Shown here piece by piece: positions 35,935-49,885 of a stretch of DNA of 64,000 bases. This DNA is from Camelus ferus. Taxonomy: Eukaryota. Location: positions 90,770,001-90,834,000 of the forward strand of contig NC_045697.1 in NCBI RefSeq assembly GCF_009834535.1. Direction: 5' to 3'. Positions within the stretch are counted from its first letter, which is position 1. Each line of letters starts with the position of its first letter. The position numbers and the translations under genes were made by a program. The notes under the pieces were generated by a model, which did not search any database, was not told the DNA's origin, and saw only the letters and a list, made by a program, of their open reading frames with translations.

Positions 35935-38082
35935 TTGGATCACTGTATGTAATGAGTGCAACCATCATGTTTCTTACAAAAGGAGTTTCATCCCTTGATG
36001 ATGTGAAGAACAAGCAGACAGCACTATATTATCTAATTGCTATCAATTTAGTGTGGAATTCAGTGTTACAGATCAGTCAGCTATAATTTTTAAATACATT
36101 TGAATAATTTTAAACCAGTATTTGGATGACATAATCTTGAACTATTTTGTTACTGGTTGTGGAAATCCCATATACTCCATGTCTAGTCTGTTGTTACTAT
36201 TTATGAAAACTGTACATTTTAAATTATGAATAATTTATTAATTTAAAATAAATGTATTCATATAAACCCTATTGGTTTTTAAAGAACTGCTAAATCAAGC
36301 TAAATTTGTAATACATCAGCCTGTATTGTACACCATGACATGATATTTCTATTATTGACTGGATTTGAGAACCATGTTCACTTCTTTTATAGATCCATCA
36401 TAAATTTATAATCTTATATTCAATTTTAATTTTCTGCCATGGATACTTACGCTGTGTAAAATCAGTGCTAACTTTGAATTCTAAAAAATCCTGATGCTTT
36501 GTACTTAAGTGCTTTTAATAATTAAAATTGAATATGAGAATGCAGGTCATAAGACTTGGCTAAACTTTACAACTTTGCGAAATATTAGGTTAGAAAAAAA
36601 TGCCAAACATACATCCCCTACTTGAAAAGTTCAATTCATGATAAATGGAAATAATGAAAGACCTATTGCATTAACTGCCAAAAAACTGTCTTCTAACATT
36701 TTCTTGTATACATACTCTGAGTTTGCTAAACATCTAACTTTAAGCCAAGTACTTAACAGCTTTGGCTTTTTAATTTTAGAAATTAATGGCCACGAATGAA
36801 ATTGACTTGCCCCATATAAACTTTATTTTACAGAAAACATACAATAACTAGTAACTTTTTTACATGGAAGATTTGGCTACATTTGGTGCTTTCTTTTCAT
36901 GTTAAACTTCTCAAGCCAAGAGCTAAAATGTTTTTAAAAAGTAGAAACTATTTTAGGTTTGGAATAAATGTATCTGAATTTTATTTGTTTGAATATGTGT
37001 TGTCTATGAGTTATTTTAAAATATATATTCCTAGTCCAGTAAGGATATTTGAATTATAAGGTGCCTTTGTAGCCTTTTTAAAGGAGATTTTATTTGTCCC
37101 TCTAATGCCTCCATTACCTTAATTTTTAAAAACTATTTTAAAATGATTAATGTGAAGTCACTGATGGCATACAAAGTTGTAAATTCTGTGAAACTGCGTT
37201 GGCATAATAAACAAACATGGTTACAGCCATTTGAGCTTTAGCAATTTTACATGTTCAGATTAGAACTTTTACTTTTCACTTAAAGTATGAAATCTACTAA
37301 AGTTCTTCAACAAAATACCCTTTAAAAAGTTAAAGCAAAACTTGTTAACTGATGTATTTAGTGAAGTGATTGAATGTTTCTGAACAATGGCTTTAGTAAA
37401 ACCAGTACTTTATTTTTTACATAAATATTTCCTATTAAGCAATAATGTACTAGGGTATGTGGTTTTCTATTGGTTAATGAATGAAATTTCATTTCAGTTT
37501 AATTCACTCTTGGGCATAACTAATTTCTCACAAGTAAATGTGAAAGAAGGTATTTTTACAATTTCTTCTTTTAACCAGATGTTTTAAGAACATATCCACA
37601 CAACTACCTAAAGAAGTGCTGTCTGCCATTTTAAAGATTGGGTACATGAATTGCTAGAAATTCATTTGGGGCAGAGTTGCAAATGGGCAGTAAACTCAGA
37701 ACAGCTTGGCCCACAGTTGTTTTATTTGATGTGCATAATATTTAAAAAAATTTTGAATTTGAACAGTCTTTAGATTGGGCATGCATTCCTCAGTATGACA
37801 TGGGCTACCAGACTTCCTCTTATATCAGACTATTTTATGTTTCCCACTAGTCTTGAAGACATCTGAGCTTGAAACCCCAATTTAGATTTGTGCTTTAAAA
37901 AGTTTCTGAATTTCATGATTTGATAACGTTGTGACTACTATTAAATCATTTTAGCATATGCATTTTACATTATTTCTTATGAATGTAATTTTTCAATGTG
38001 GTGCTTTCTCTTGTAAAGATGATTGAATTATTAACTCTGTAACTGAATTTTTAAAATCATTTCACAATATTTTATATTTCAT

Positions 38083-38088
38083 AATAAA
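38083..38088 (+). terminator. Candidate distal polyadenylation signal of ABHD18 (AT-rich 3'UTR of about 2.1 kb)
   Basis: AATAAA at the end of largely repeat-free AT-rich sequence, just before an L1. Other AATAAA hexamers lie near 36247, 36963 and 37207. Confidence 0.45.
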
Positions 38089-38146
38089 AGTCTCTTTAAA
38101 AAATTACTTGTTATGTTCAAGGGGTATTATTCTATGTAAATTCATG

Positions 38147-38352
38147 CACCCACTATGGAAAATGGTATGAAGGTTCCTTAAGAAACTAAAAATAGAGTTG
38201 CCATATGATCCAGCGATCCCACTCCTGGGCATAGATCCAGAGAAAATTATAATGCAAAAAGTTACATGCACCCCAATGCAGCACTGTTTACAACAGGACA
38301 TAGAAACAACCAAAATGTCCATCAACAGACAAATGGATAAAAAAAGATGTGG

Positions 38353-38392
<40 letters not shown>

Positions 38393-38770
38393 GAAATACT
38401 ACTCAGCCATAAAAAAAGAATGTTTTGCCATTTGCAGCAACATGGATGGACTTAAAGGCCATTACGCTAAGTGAAATAAGTCAGACAAAGACATATACTG
38501 TATGATACCACTTATACATGGAATCTAAAAAGTACAACAAACTAGTGAATATAACAAAAAAAGAAGCAGACTCGCAGATATAGAAAACAAACTCGTGGTT
38601 ACCAATTGGGGGGTGGAGGGGCAACTTAGGGGGTGAGGGAGTGTGAGGTACAAACTATTAGGTTTAAGACAGGCTCAAGAATTTATTGTACAACACCAGA
38701 AATATAGCCAATATTTTGTAATAACTGTAAATGGAAAGTAACCTTTAAAAATTATAAAAATAATTTTTAA
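38147..38770 (+). mobile_element. L1 3' end with an internal (CA)n
   Basis: ORF2 C-terminus [13 protein letters not shown], then 3'UTR and an A-rich end. Confidence 0.88.
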
Positions 38771-39222
38771 ATGCTGTTATTTTTTCCTTTGAGATTAATG
38801 GCTTGCGATAAATTTCTAGGAGTGGGATAATTTAGGCTAAAATACCTAAATATTTCCATGGTGAACAAACCTTGTGATAAATTGATGCTTTGAATGTTAC
38901 AGATACAGCACATCTTTAAGTGTTTATTGTTTTAGCATAAAGTCTGGAATTCTGACAATTACTCCTATAAAAAAGTGGCAAAGCCCTTTTCCACAATTTA
39001 GCTTATCCGCCCTGATTTCTGCCACCTGCCTTCTTATGGCAGGTGAAACTCAGATGTACTGGAAAATACATGAAACAGAAATAAATTAATGTACTCACTT
39101 CAAAAGTGTCCCGAAAACCATGACAAAGCACTCTATATTTTAAAATTAAGAAAGAAAAGCAAGTTGCAGAATTGGTGTAAATTGCAATCTTTCAGGGAAA
39201 GTCTTCCAAACTCCAGTTAGAA

Positions 39223-40712
39223 GTGAGATGTCCAAGGATTGCTCTAAAGATAAAGAATCCAACAAGGAGTAAAGTAAGAAGCATTATGACAAGGATAAAT
39301 CTCAAAAGAGGCACAGCATTTCCAAGAGTAGCAGCAGTACCAGGTCTTGGTCTAGGTCCACCTCCAGCCCCGGCTCTGGCTCTAGCACCAGCACCAGCTC
39401 CAGCTCCTCCTCCATGTCAAGTGCTAGGAAAGTTCCAGCATGTCTCGCACCTCTGACTCCAGCAGCTCCTCTGCCGCTCAAGTCCTCCTCAGCACAGACA
39501 TGACAACAGGCAGTATTCCTGCTCCCAACCCAAACCACCCAGAGATGAAAAAGGAAGGAAAAGGCGGAGACCTTTCCCTAAACCCACCAAAGTGCACACT
39601 GGGATGCTCACCGGGAATGTGACCAAGGATTCTGTCAAGAAGATATTCTCCACCTGTGGGAAAATTAAAATAATTAACATGCTTGTAGAAAGGAAGCATT
39701 CCGATCTATCTGAAGTCCACACATACATAGAGTCTGAGAATCCAGTTGAAGCGGAGGAGACCCAGAAGCACATGAATGCAGCATAAATTGATGGCCAGGG
39801 GATCACAGCCACCGCTGTGCCTACGCCACCCCCCAGGCGATTTAGCCCTCCTGGGAGAATGCTGCCACTGACTCCCAGGTGGCACAGGTCACACTCCCCA
39901 AGGCTCAAGTCTCTGTGCAGCGGAGACCCCTCTTCCCTGGCCACACCACAGGAGCTGCTCCAACTCCAATTCCTCTCGGTAAGCAGGGCCACCGAAGCTC
40001 AGTCCCCCTGTAATTTATATCCCACGCAACTCAGTTTTGACACTTTTCTAGCAAAGGGGGACTGATAGGAAAGAAGTCCTCTAGAGGCAGGCTTCTTAGG
40101 CAGCAACTGAGACGTTTCCTCTGAAGGGTGAGTTCTGGCTGCAGGAGTGTTGTTGGTTTGGGGTTAGGCCTCCAATTTCCTGGCTAGAAATCACAGGCAT
40201 TTCCAGCTCCTGTGACAGAGAGGGTTCAGTGGCAAAGCAAGGAGGGACAAACAAGGCTCCAGGTGGCAGTGCTGCCCCAGTGCAGGTGCACATTTTACCT
40301 TCCTGTAGATGACCTGGGGCCAGATTGGTGGCCTGGTCATACCTTTGCTTGTTACCCTGAGAGATCCTTCAGGAAAAGGGGGCAAGCTTTGGAACAGCTG
40401 CCTTTTCTGTTAGGTCTGGCCCCTTGTTCCCCTGCTTGAGTCCTTATCTGACCTCTAGGGTCAAATACCTGGAGAAGAGCCTCTCTCTGTCACCCCATGT
40501 TCATTAACATCAGTGGTTCTGTTTTTACATGTACTCATGTACACATACCCTCGCCTCACACATCCCCCTTTCTCTCTCTCGAAACCTGTGAGCAGGTTGA
40601 GAGCCAGCTCTGCAGAGTCATCATAGACCCCCATATTGTAGCTGATATACATGGTGGTCCTACAGGTTACTTTGGCGGCATGTACACTGTTTTGGCTTTT
40701 ATTGTATGGTCA
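39223..40712 (+). pseudogene. RNPS1: RNPS1 processed pseudogene, 5'-truncated, including 3'UTR
   Basis: Intronless. Ser-rich tract, then KPTKVHTGMLTGNVTKD..IFSTCGKIKIINM (RRM), IDGQGITATAV, PPRRFSPPGRMLP and a terminal ..SNSNSSR* (TAA 39980-39982). Internal stops and frameshifts. Confidence 0.9.
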
Positions 40713-41298
40713 GCACAACAGGAGAAAGGGCTGGAGGCTGAATTAATCACCAATGGCCAATGATTTAATCAATCATAGCTAAGTGATGAAACCTCCAGAA
40801 AAAGACCCTAAACAGTGGGATACAGAGAGCATCTGGGTTGGCAAACACATCAAGGTGCTGGGAGGGAGGGTGACATGCTGGGAGAGGGTGTGGAAGCACT
40901 GAGTCCCTCCTCCCCCAAACTTTGCCCTGTGCATCTCTTTCACCTGGCTGTTCCTGAGTTGTATCCTTTACAGTAAACTAGTAAATGTAAATAAAAGTGC
41001 TTCCCTGAGTTCTGTGAGCCAGTCCAGCCAATTATCAAATCTAATGAGGGGAACCTCTGACTTGTAGTGGGCTGGGCAAAAGTGTGGGTGGCCTGGGTAC
41101 CCCTTTTGTGGCTGATGTCTGAAATGAGGGCAAGCTTATAGGTCTGAGCCTTTTAACTTATGAGGTCAGACTCTAACCTCATAAGTTAAAGGACTCTACT
41201 AACTTTGGGTAGTTAATGTCAGAGTTGAATTGAATTGTTGGACACCAGTTGGTACAGGAAAATCAGCAAACTGGACAATTGGAGGCTGGTGTCAGAAA
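40713..41298 (+). mobile_element. MER21-like LTR, 5'-truncated
   Basis: atcaccaatggccaatgatttaatcaatcat...gttgtatccttta...aataaa...ttccctgagttctgtgagcc...gtgtcagaa. Confidence 0.75.
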
Positions 41299-41540
41299 AC
41301 ACTCCAGATCTATCGTCAAAATCTCTTCCAAATATTCATCTGTTAATGCTGATCTGCAATGAAACTTTACGTATTTCAACTCTGAAAATGCCTTTTCATG
41401 AAGATAGATACTGCCAAATAACTGATAGCAATTTAAAGCAAGTGCTTTTAATTAAACACATTTATCATTGTTTGGAAGGCATTTATAGAATTCTATTAGT
41501 CTTCTCTTGCTATCTGCCTTTTAGCAATAGTGATGACAGT

Positions 41541-41807
41541 ACCACATATGGTCTCTGTCACAACTACTCAACTCTGCCATTGTAGTGAGAAAGTAGCCAG
41601 ACAATACATAAATGAGCAGGCTGTGTTCCAGTAAAGTGTATTTGCGGAACTGAAATCACAATTTTATATAGTTTTTGTGTACCACAAAATATTCTCTTTT
41701 TTTACTTTTAACCATTTAAAAATGTACAAACCATTCTTAGCTTGCAGTTTTATAAAATACGTGGCAGGCAGGATTTGGCCCATGGGCCATAGCTTGCCAA
41801 GTCCTGA
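41541..41807 (+). mobile_element. MER58-like hAT DNA transposon
   Basis: ggtctctgtcacaactactcaactctgccattgtag...gatttggcccatgggccatagcttgccaagtcctg. Confidence 0.78.
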
Positions 41808-42019
41808 TCCAGATAACCCATATAACCCTGAATCATTTTCTAAACAACATATTTTCACTAGTGCTTATGATTGTCTTGGAATCAAGAAGCTATATAGTAA
41901 TTAATATGGTTGTTCTTATTTCAGGAACATGTAATAATAGGAAAAACATTTAAAGTCAGAAAAATGAAGTCAATGGTCTTTCTTATCCTTTGTCATACCA
42001 ATGTATGATTTTGTAACAT

Positions 42020-42811
42020 TTTCAGTCATTTGAAAAATTTTGGCTCACTGAGTTATGCGGACATTCCAAATGTTGACACATTTGCTTATACAACACACAC
42101 AAAAAATTACATTCACTAAAATCTACTGATCACATCAGAAATAGTCTTTAGGCACTGAGAAGCTGTTGAGCTCATGGTAGTAGTTACAAGTTTTTCAAAC
42201 TTCTAATTTTTTCTTGATAGCCTGCATTTTATCACTGGCAACAAATATCATCAGTTGTTTCCATTGACATGAAAGTCTCACTCCATTTTTGGGAAAATAT
42301 CTGCCAAAGTACCTAACAATGAATAAATCTAGTTTGTTTTCAGGTGTTCTTTCAAGTACAAATGGATTCCATGAAAAAAGTAGCTAGTTCTATTACAACT
42401 CAGTCTCAGAGCTTATCCTCAAGACAAACACCATACTTTGATATGTAGCAGAAATGATTTTTATATACTTCCTATTTCATCACAGGGAATAGTAAAAAAA
42501 AAATATGCATGTTCAACTTTTACTGCTCTATCAAGGACATTCTCAGGTGATGCTTGCAATTCTGTTTCAACTGTGAATGTGTGACAGTGAGGAGTACCAT
42601 GATTGCTAGTACGGTTTGGTGCCACTGCCTTGATTCATATGCTAAGTAGATGTGTCTACCATTGCTCTGTGCCATTAGTGTAAATGTCAACACAGGGAAA
42701 AAGGCATATAACATCTTTAAAAGTATTATGAAAATGGTTTTGACCTCATAAGACTCCCTAAAGGGTGTCCAAGATGCTAGGGAGCACACTTTGAAAATCT
42801 GCTAATCTAGG
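42020..42811 (-). mobile_element. Charlie1-like hAT DNA transposon fragment
   Basis: tttggtgccactgccttgattcatatgctaag...cacactttgaaaatctgctaatctag. Confidence 0.72.
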
Positions 42812-42825
42812 GCATAGCCTTAGGT

Positions 42826-42826
<1 letters not shown>

Positions 42827-42880
<54 letters not shown>
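42827..42880 (+). repeat. (TCTG)n(TCTA)n microsatellite
   Basis: Read directly. Confidence 0.93.
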
Positions 42881-43189
42881 CCACATATATATGACTTTAA
42901 AATGTAGGGAGAATTTGTTGATTATCTTAGATTGATGGAGTACAAGATATGAATCTATTTGATTTTGTTTCTAGGGGATAATGACATTGAAACCACAGAA
43001 AAGGAAATGCAGTCCTGGCATACTACATTGTTCTGCAGTGAGGAATATCTACATGCTCATAAAATAACTTAAAGCTGCTTATGAATTAAGAAATTTTAGA
43101 ACCAATCTATGAACAAAGCATAAAGAAGTGCATTATAGTTACACAATAGAATATAAACGGTCACTTTTGACAATGTAAGTGAAAGGAAG

Positions 43190-43860
43190 AAATATTGTCC
43201 AGGATGTGGCAAACTCTCAACACTGCCAGTGGGAGTGTAAATTGGTACCAGAGTTTGGAAAATGGTTTGGCAATATCTACAACAGATGAGATATGTATAC
43301 CCTATGACTCAGAAATTCTATTTCTAAAATTATACACTAGAGAAATTGGTACATGCACACCAGAAAAGAAATACTTCATAATAGCAATGTTTATAATAAT
43401 AGCCCCAAATTGAAAACAACCCAAGTGACTGTCAACAATAAATGCATAAAAAATTGTAGTATAGTCATATAATGGAATACACATACTACAATAAAATGAA
43501 TGATCTACAGCTACTTTCAACAACTTGTATGAATCTTAAAATCAATATTGAATGAAAGAATTTTCAAAAGAATACTTAAGAGTATGATTTCATTTATATA
43601 TGTTTAAAAAAAATTAGGCAAACCTATGGGATACACACTTAGATGATAAACCATAAAGAAAAGCAAGGAAATGATTACCTCTTAAGGGGAGGAAAGTGTT
43701 GTGGATGGGAAAAGATACATGGGGGTTCTAACTCGTGACCTGGTTAGTCATTACATGGTTGTTTACTTTATCCAGTCATTTGTATATCTGTGGGTTTTAA
43801 TTATTGGTGGGCATTTTTCTGTGTATGCTATATTTCACAATAAAGAAACTTTATTAAAAT
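43190..43860 (+). mobile_element. Ancient L1ME-like 3' fragment
   Basis: gggagtgtaaattggtac...ccctatgactcagaaattcta...aatagccccaaattgaaaacaaccca. Confidence 0.7.
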
Positions 43861-44279
43861 AAAAACAAAAATTGGAAGTTAGAACAAGGAATAGGGTGAT
43901 ATATTCTCATTTTACAGAGTGAGAATATAAGAGATTCTGTCTAAAACTGATGGAACAATAAGAAAACACTCAAATACGTTCTTTAAACAGAAAACCTACA
44001 AATATCAAAAATAGGGAGGGGAATGGCAGATGGGCTTAATGTAAGTGTGCTGAATCCCCTTGTTTTACAGCGGCAAGTCAAAAGTTGAAGTTGGTGACTT
44101 TGGGGACTAGGACTTGGTGAGGTAGAACATTTTTTTTTCCATTATAAATCCTATAGACAATATTGTGGCATGTGGTTTTACCATATGCATAGAGTAATTG
44201 GACTTAAGAAACAAAACAAATCAACACATGCTTTTTTTTTTTAAAGTATTTCTGAACAAATTTAAGGAAAAAGAAAGGC

Positions 44280-44520
44280 AATATAGTGTAATATAGTGGT
44301 TAAGAGTATGAACTATGGAGAACTTTGGAGCCAGATTGCTTAGGTTCAAATCTTTGCCTTGGCACTTTCTAACAGTATGATCCCAGGCAAGCCATTTATC
44401 CACTTTGTCTCAGCTTCCTCACCTAAAAATGGAGGCAATAATCATTCCTATTTTATATGGTTGTTTTGAGGATTAACACATGTGAGGCACCTAGTGACTA
44501 GTATATATGTGTTAATTATT
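44280..44520 (+). mobile_element. MIR SINE (other MIR-like remnants near 1700-1860, 2990-3150, 11540-11745, 45805-45990, 47610-47850)
   Basis: tagtggttaagagtatg...ggttcaaatc...ctcagcttcctcacctaaaaatggag. Confidence 0.72.
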
Positions 44521-44765
44521 AACAATCATTGAGTATTTAATTCTGATAAATGAAAGGTGAAGACTGAAAATCATCCAGTGGATTTATTAAGATGTAGGTC
44601 CCCGGTGATTTTTATGATGTGGTTGAGTATGAGCCAGAAACTGGACAGAAGATGAAGAAGAGAAGACATATACTTAAGAGAGACATACTTAAGAACTTAT
44701 AGGCAAATTTATCTGACATTTATTTTACAGTATTGCAGGAAAAAACAACCCTGTGTGTTTGGAAG

Positions 44766-45275
44766 TGGTAGTACGCAGAATAACCATCCTCTACAAATGT
44801 TCAGATGTTCTAATCCTTGGAAACTGTGAATTTGTTACCTTATCTGGCAAAAGGGATTTTGCAGGTGTGATTATGTTAAGGATCTTGAGTGGGGAGATTA
44901 TCCCAGATTATACACAATCTAATCATATGAGTCCTTTAAAGTGGAAAAGGGAGGCAGAAGAAAGGCACAAATGGAGATTTCACTACATTACAGAGACAGT
45001 CAGAGAGATGTGATGTGAGAAGGACTCAACCAACAACTGCTGGCTTTGAACATGGAGAAAGGGACCCCTGAGCCAAGGAATGTGTAGGCAACCTCTAGAA
45101 GCTAGAAAAAACTGGCATCTACATACAAGAACACAGCTCTGACAACACCTTGACTTTAGCCCAGTGAGACCCATGTTGGACTTCTAACCTACAGAACCAT
45201 AAGATAATAAATTTGTGGTGTTTAAAGCCACTAATTTTTAGTAACTTGTTATGGCAGCAATAGAAAACTAATACA
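44766..45275 (+). mobile_element. MaLR MLT1D-like solo LTR
   Basis: ctaatccttggaaactgtgaatttgttacctta...ggcagcaatagaaaactaataca. Confidence 0.85.
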
Positions 45276-46068
45276 GGGGTGTATATAAATGAAACAAAAA
45301 TGGCCAAATGTGATTAATTGTTAAAGGTGGATGATGGATAAACGAGAGTTCGTTATACTATTATATTTCCATTTATGTCTGGAAATGAAGAGAAAAAATA
45401 AAAGATCTGCTTAGATGAACTTAGAGAAACTGATACATTAAATAACAAACATAGGTTATTATTTTTCAATAACAATGTTCCTATTAAATTAAATTAGATT
45501 CTGGTCTTTACTGATCTACATATCCTTTCTCTATAGGCAAATCTTGATGGGAAGCCAGCTTTGGCCATCATAGAGTCAAGAACAATGAAGAGTAAGTGGA
45601 GTTAGCAGGCATCTTCATGCCTGTGTCCTTCATGATGGAAAGATACATCCTTCACTACTGTGAGATGTTCAAGTTCAAGAGATAACAGACTCTCATTTCA
45701 AAGAAAATACTAGTAATATATTAATATATGTTATATCCTTAGTCATTTAATTTATAAATTTCTTAAAACACTGTCTCCTTTCTATTAGTATGTACCAGTA
45801 GTAATAATAGCTAACACTTCAATGGTTTTTAACACATGGGCTAGGCAGTGTATCAAACACTTTACATATTGCAACTCTTCTAATTTTCATAACAACTTTA
45901 TAAGGTAGGTACCATTATTATCCTCGTTTTACGTATGAGAAAACTGAGTACATACACAGAGCAACCATTCAAACATAAGCAAACTGTTAGGATCCTGATC
46001 CTGAGTATTCACAGGCAATCACTTGAGTCATTTACCATGAATAATCAATCATATTCCTCACATCTTTT

Positions 46069-46186
46069 GTTTGTTTGGGGGTAATTAGGTTTATTTATTT
46101 TATTTTTTAGAGATGATACTGGGGATTGAATCCAAGACCTCATACATGCTATGTGCTCTACCACTTGAGCTATACACTCCCCCTCT
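46069..46186 (-). mobile_element. tRNA-Ala-derived camelid SINE
   Basis: Reverse complement of the SINE consensus; TSD tcacatctttt at 46058-46068 and 46187-46197. Confidence 0.85.
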
Positions 46187-49100
46187 TCACATCTTTTCTT
46201 AATTCCTTCCCAAAGGTAACTACTATCCTGACTCTTTTTCCCCCTTTTTCAGTTTTATTAGGTAGAATTATTACAGTTTGACTGCACATATACATTATAT
46301 TGCATGTAAATACATATATACAATATACTGCATATGTTATCCTGACTTTTAACACCGTAGATTAATTTTGCTCTTTTTGAACTTTATGTAAACTTAATTT
46401 TGTACAAACCAGTGTATTGATTTGTGTCCCACATCTTTTTTTTTAACAGTCTAACATTATGTCTATGATAGTCACATTGTGGCTTATAGCTACAGTTTTT
46501 TCATTTTTCAAAGGTATTTCATTGTATAAATATGCCATGAAATATTCTACTGCTGATGGACATTTTGGTATTTCCAGTTAAGGGCTATTATAAAGAATGC
46601 TGCTATTAACATTTAGTTCATGTCTTTTGGTGCATTTGTGCACAAATCACTGTCGGGCATATACCTAGAAGTAAAATCCCTGAGTCAGAAATATGTTCAT
46701 GTTCAATACTGCGGAACAGATTTCCAAAGTGGTTGCACTAATTTATATTACTAACGTGTGAGGGTTCTCATTAATCCCCATCCTCATTGACAATTTTGGT
46801 AATATGAAACTTTCTCGTTGTGATTTTAATTTGCATTTCCCTGATTTCTAATGAGGTTAAACGTGATTTTCATATGTTTATTCCTTATTTTGATGCTCTC
46901 AGATTTTACACTCAGGGTACACTTTCTATAGTTAATTCTTAAAATTTTTCCTACTTAATTTAGACTAAGAATACTAAGATGGGGTAACGATCCTATACCC
47001 TATCAGTATTCTAGAAATTTAGAACTTGATTTATCTTCCCACAACTATTAGATCAGCAAGTCCTGTTTCCAAAGGGAATCTCAAATCACTCTATTGCCAT
47101 GTGTGCTGCCACTACTTGAGTCCAGACCATCATCATCTCATTCCACTTCTTTTTCACATTTTGAAGTTTGTCACTGCCCACCTCCCTTCATTGTCCATAT
47201 GGCAACAATAGGGGTAGCAATTAATTATTAACACCGTAAGGTGGCTTCCTGTTGTTCCAAGAATAAAATTCAAACCCTGTCACACCTAGAAGCCCTTGTA
47301 GGTCTGCCTTAGGCGATCTCTCCAATCTCATCTCTAACCATGCTTTATTACATGCTAGCTGCACTCCTCTTACAAGGCCTTGGCAGCTACACTCCAGCTT
47401 CACTCATTGTCTTTCAGTCCTTAACACCAAACCCCTTTCATTTTAAGGGAATACTTGTCCCACAGTCTGTTCCTTCTCATCCTTTAATACTCAGTTTAAA
47501 TTTTAGCTCCTGGATTTGTTTTCTTCATAACGCTTATCAACAATCTGTAATTACTGAGTTTGTTTGCTTTTTGTCAGTTTCCTCTAGTAACAACAACAAT
47601 AATAGTAATGATGATAGCTTTTAGTTATTGACCCTTACTATTTGCCAGGTATCACTCTATGAGTTTTAGATACACTAACCCTTTTAATCCCCACAGCAAC
47701 CATACAAAATAGGTACAATTATTATTCACATTTTACAGATGGGAAAACTAAATCACGAGAGGTTAAATAATTTACCTTCAGTTTTACTGTTAGGCAGTGG
47801 CAGAGCTGACATTTGAACCCAGATAATCTAGTTTCAGTTTAACCACTGAACCACTGACCTTTTTTTTTTTAAACTGTAGGTTACAATCTGTATGCGCCTG
47901 GATCAATAAAATTAATTTAATGATTTTTTTAAAGTAAAATGGAACAGAATAGACCACATAAGAATGTACTCACTTAGTAAGGATAAGTATTAGTTTGTGA
48001 AGCTTTTGGTTCAATTATACATATCAGGTCATGATGTGTGAAAGCTACTGCACTGTGCATTCTGCCTCTGTGTAAGTTCCTGAACTGACCCATTTACCAG
48101 CATATCCCTAGGGTCTAGCCCAGTCACTGGACCACAATAAGCTCTCAGTGAATATTTATTGATTAAAATAAGCCATGGTAAGTATTAAGAAGCTGATAAA
48201 AAGACTCTTCTCTAATATCTGTACAAAGTTTATTTTTTCTGATGTCAACCACTGAAGTTCATTTGAACTTGAATTTAAAGATCTCATTTATGTTGTGCCA
48301 ATATTCATAAAGCTAGATTAATAGTAAATACAACTGGGTAGTATGAAGAGTTCAGAAAGGCTATTAGTCCTTTGTACACCCTATTGTTTGAAAATCCTTG
48401 TTCTTCGAAAACTGGATGAGGAAAGTTATAGTTCCTTGAGCTTATACTTTATGTTTTTAAAAGATTAAATATTATTATTATTTCTGTTATTTCAAGCGAT
48501 TGTAAAAAAAAAAAAAAAGACAGTTTTGAGTATCAATCCTAGCTATTCCTGGCTCAGAGTTTTTAGGCAAGACAAACTTTTGAGTTCCTAGTCTGTTTAA
48601 GTGGCGAATGAAAACTTACCTCCTTAGGAACAACAATCTGGTTGAAAGGTAGCCTAAATTGTTTTGAAGCCATACTTACATGGCAAGCACAATATTTTTA
48701 CCTATTTGTATGATACAGATAAGGATTAAAAGAGTAAAATTTTCTAAAGATGCTTTTGTTCTCATTTATATCTAAGATTGAATATGGCAGTTGTATTAAT
48801 TGAAGGAAAGGAGCAAAGCCTTTCAAACACATTAGCATTGATACTACCTTGAAGGTTAGAGATAATTGGAAGTATTTCGTACTTATCTGAACATTGGTTC
48901 ATAATTAAAATTATTATTATGATAGCTATTATTATGATAAACAGGGCCCAAGGCCCTGCAGCTGGAGGCAATGATGGCTCAGTATACCTTGTTTAAAAAT
49001 CCATCTTTTTAAAAGTCGTTATTTTATAGGAAGTTAAAAAATCTCTGGGTTCAGTTTTATCTTCTTGAACTGTAGGACTTTGAAATAGATTATATTTAAT

Positions 49101-49885
49101 GCATTCTTTGAAACCTCTCTAGTATGCAGTACAGCTATCTGCACATTGGGTTTTTGCCAGGCTGCACCTAAATTGCACTGGTAATAAAAACAAAGATCTT
49201 GACGTTCTCTTGGGACTTTAATCTCCTGAGACACCAGAGGGAGGAGGAGGAGGAGGAGGAGGAGTGAGTTCAATCATCTGAAGATATATTAGCATACTCT
49301 AAACAAGAGAAACAAGATTTATCTTTTTAAAGGCTCATTTGAACAATGAGATCATTAAGTTTGTATAAGGGTAATTACTTTAGGTGTCTTATAACTTCTG
49401 AGGGCCTAGAGAACCATTCTCCCTTCTTTGAAAAGAGAGCCCTATACCTCTGCTCTAGATTCTCGTTTTCCATTAAAAAACAAACACACACACACACACA
49501 CACACACACAAAACAGGCTTCTAACCTCAGTAATTCAGTAAAATTAAGGCTACATACCCTGGCTAAGCATATTTAAAAAGAAAAATAGTATTATTGAGCT
49601 CAGCTCTTTGGTAAGCATTTTACACATATTATCTCACATAATTGTATCAAAAGGTCTAAGCAGAGGCAGAGAGGCTGGCCAATTAAGAGGCCGTAACAGT
49701 ATTACAGAAGCATGAGAGCAGCTTGGAGTATGCTGGTGGCAGAGGAGAAAGCAGGTCTTGACAGACACTTGGAAGGCATTACCAGCTGGTTTCCGTGAGT
49801 GCTTAAAACACTGCCTGGCAGATGGTTGAGAAGTATTTGTAAAAGAATGGATTATAGAGGGTGAGGATTATGGGGGTAAAAGGAT

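Noticed and set aside
39223..40065. ORFs over the RNPS1-like region as a functional retrogene
   Set aside because: Homology is spread across several frames with stops, the RNP1/RNP2 residues are decayed and the N-terminus is missing.
48672..48685. ATACTTACATGGCA resembling the U1 snRNA 5' end
   Set aside because: Only 13 of 14 nt match before it diverges completely; no snRNA body or Sm site.
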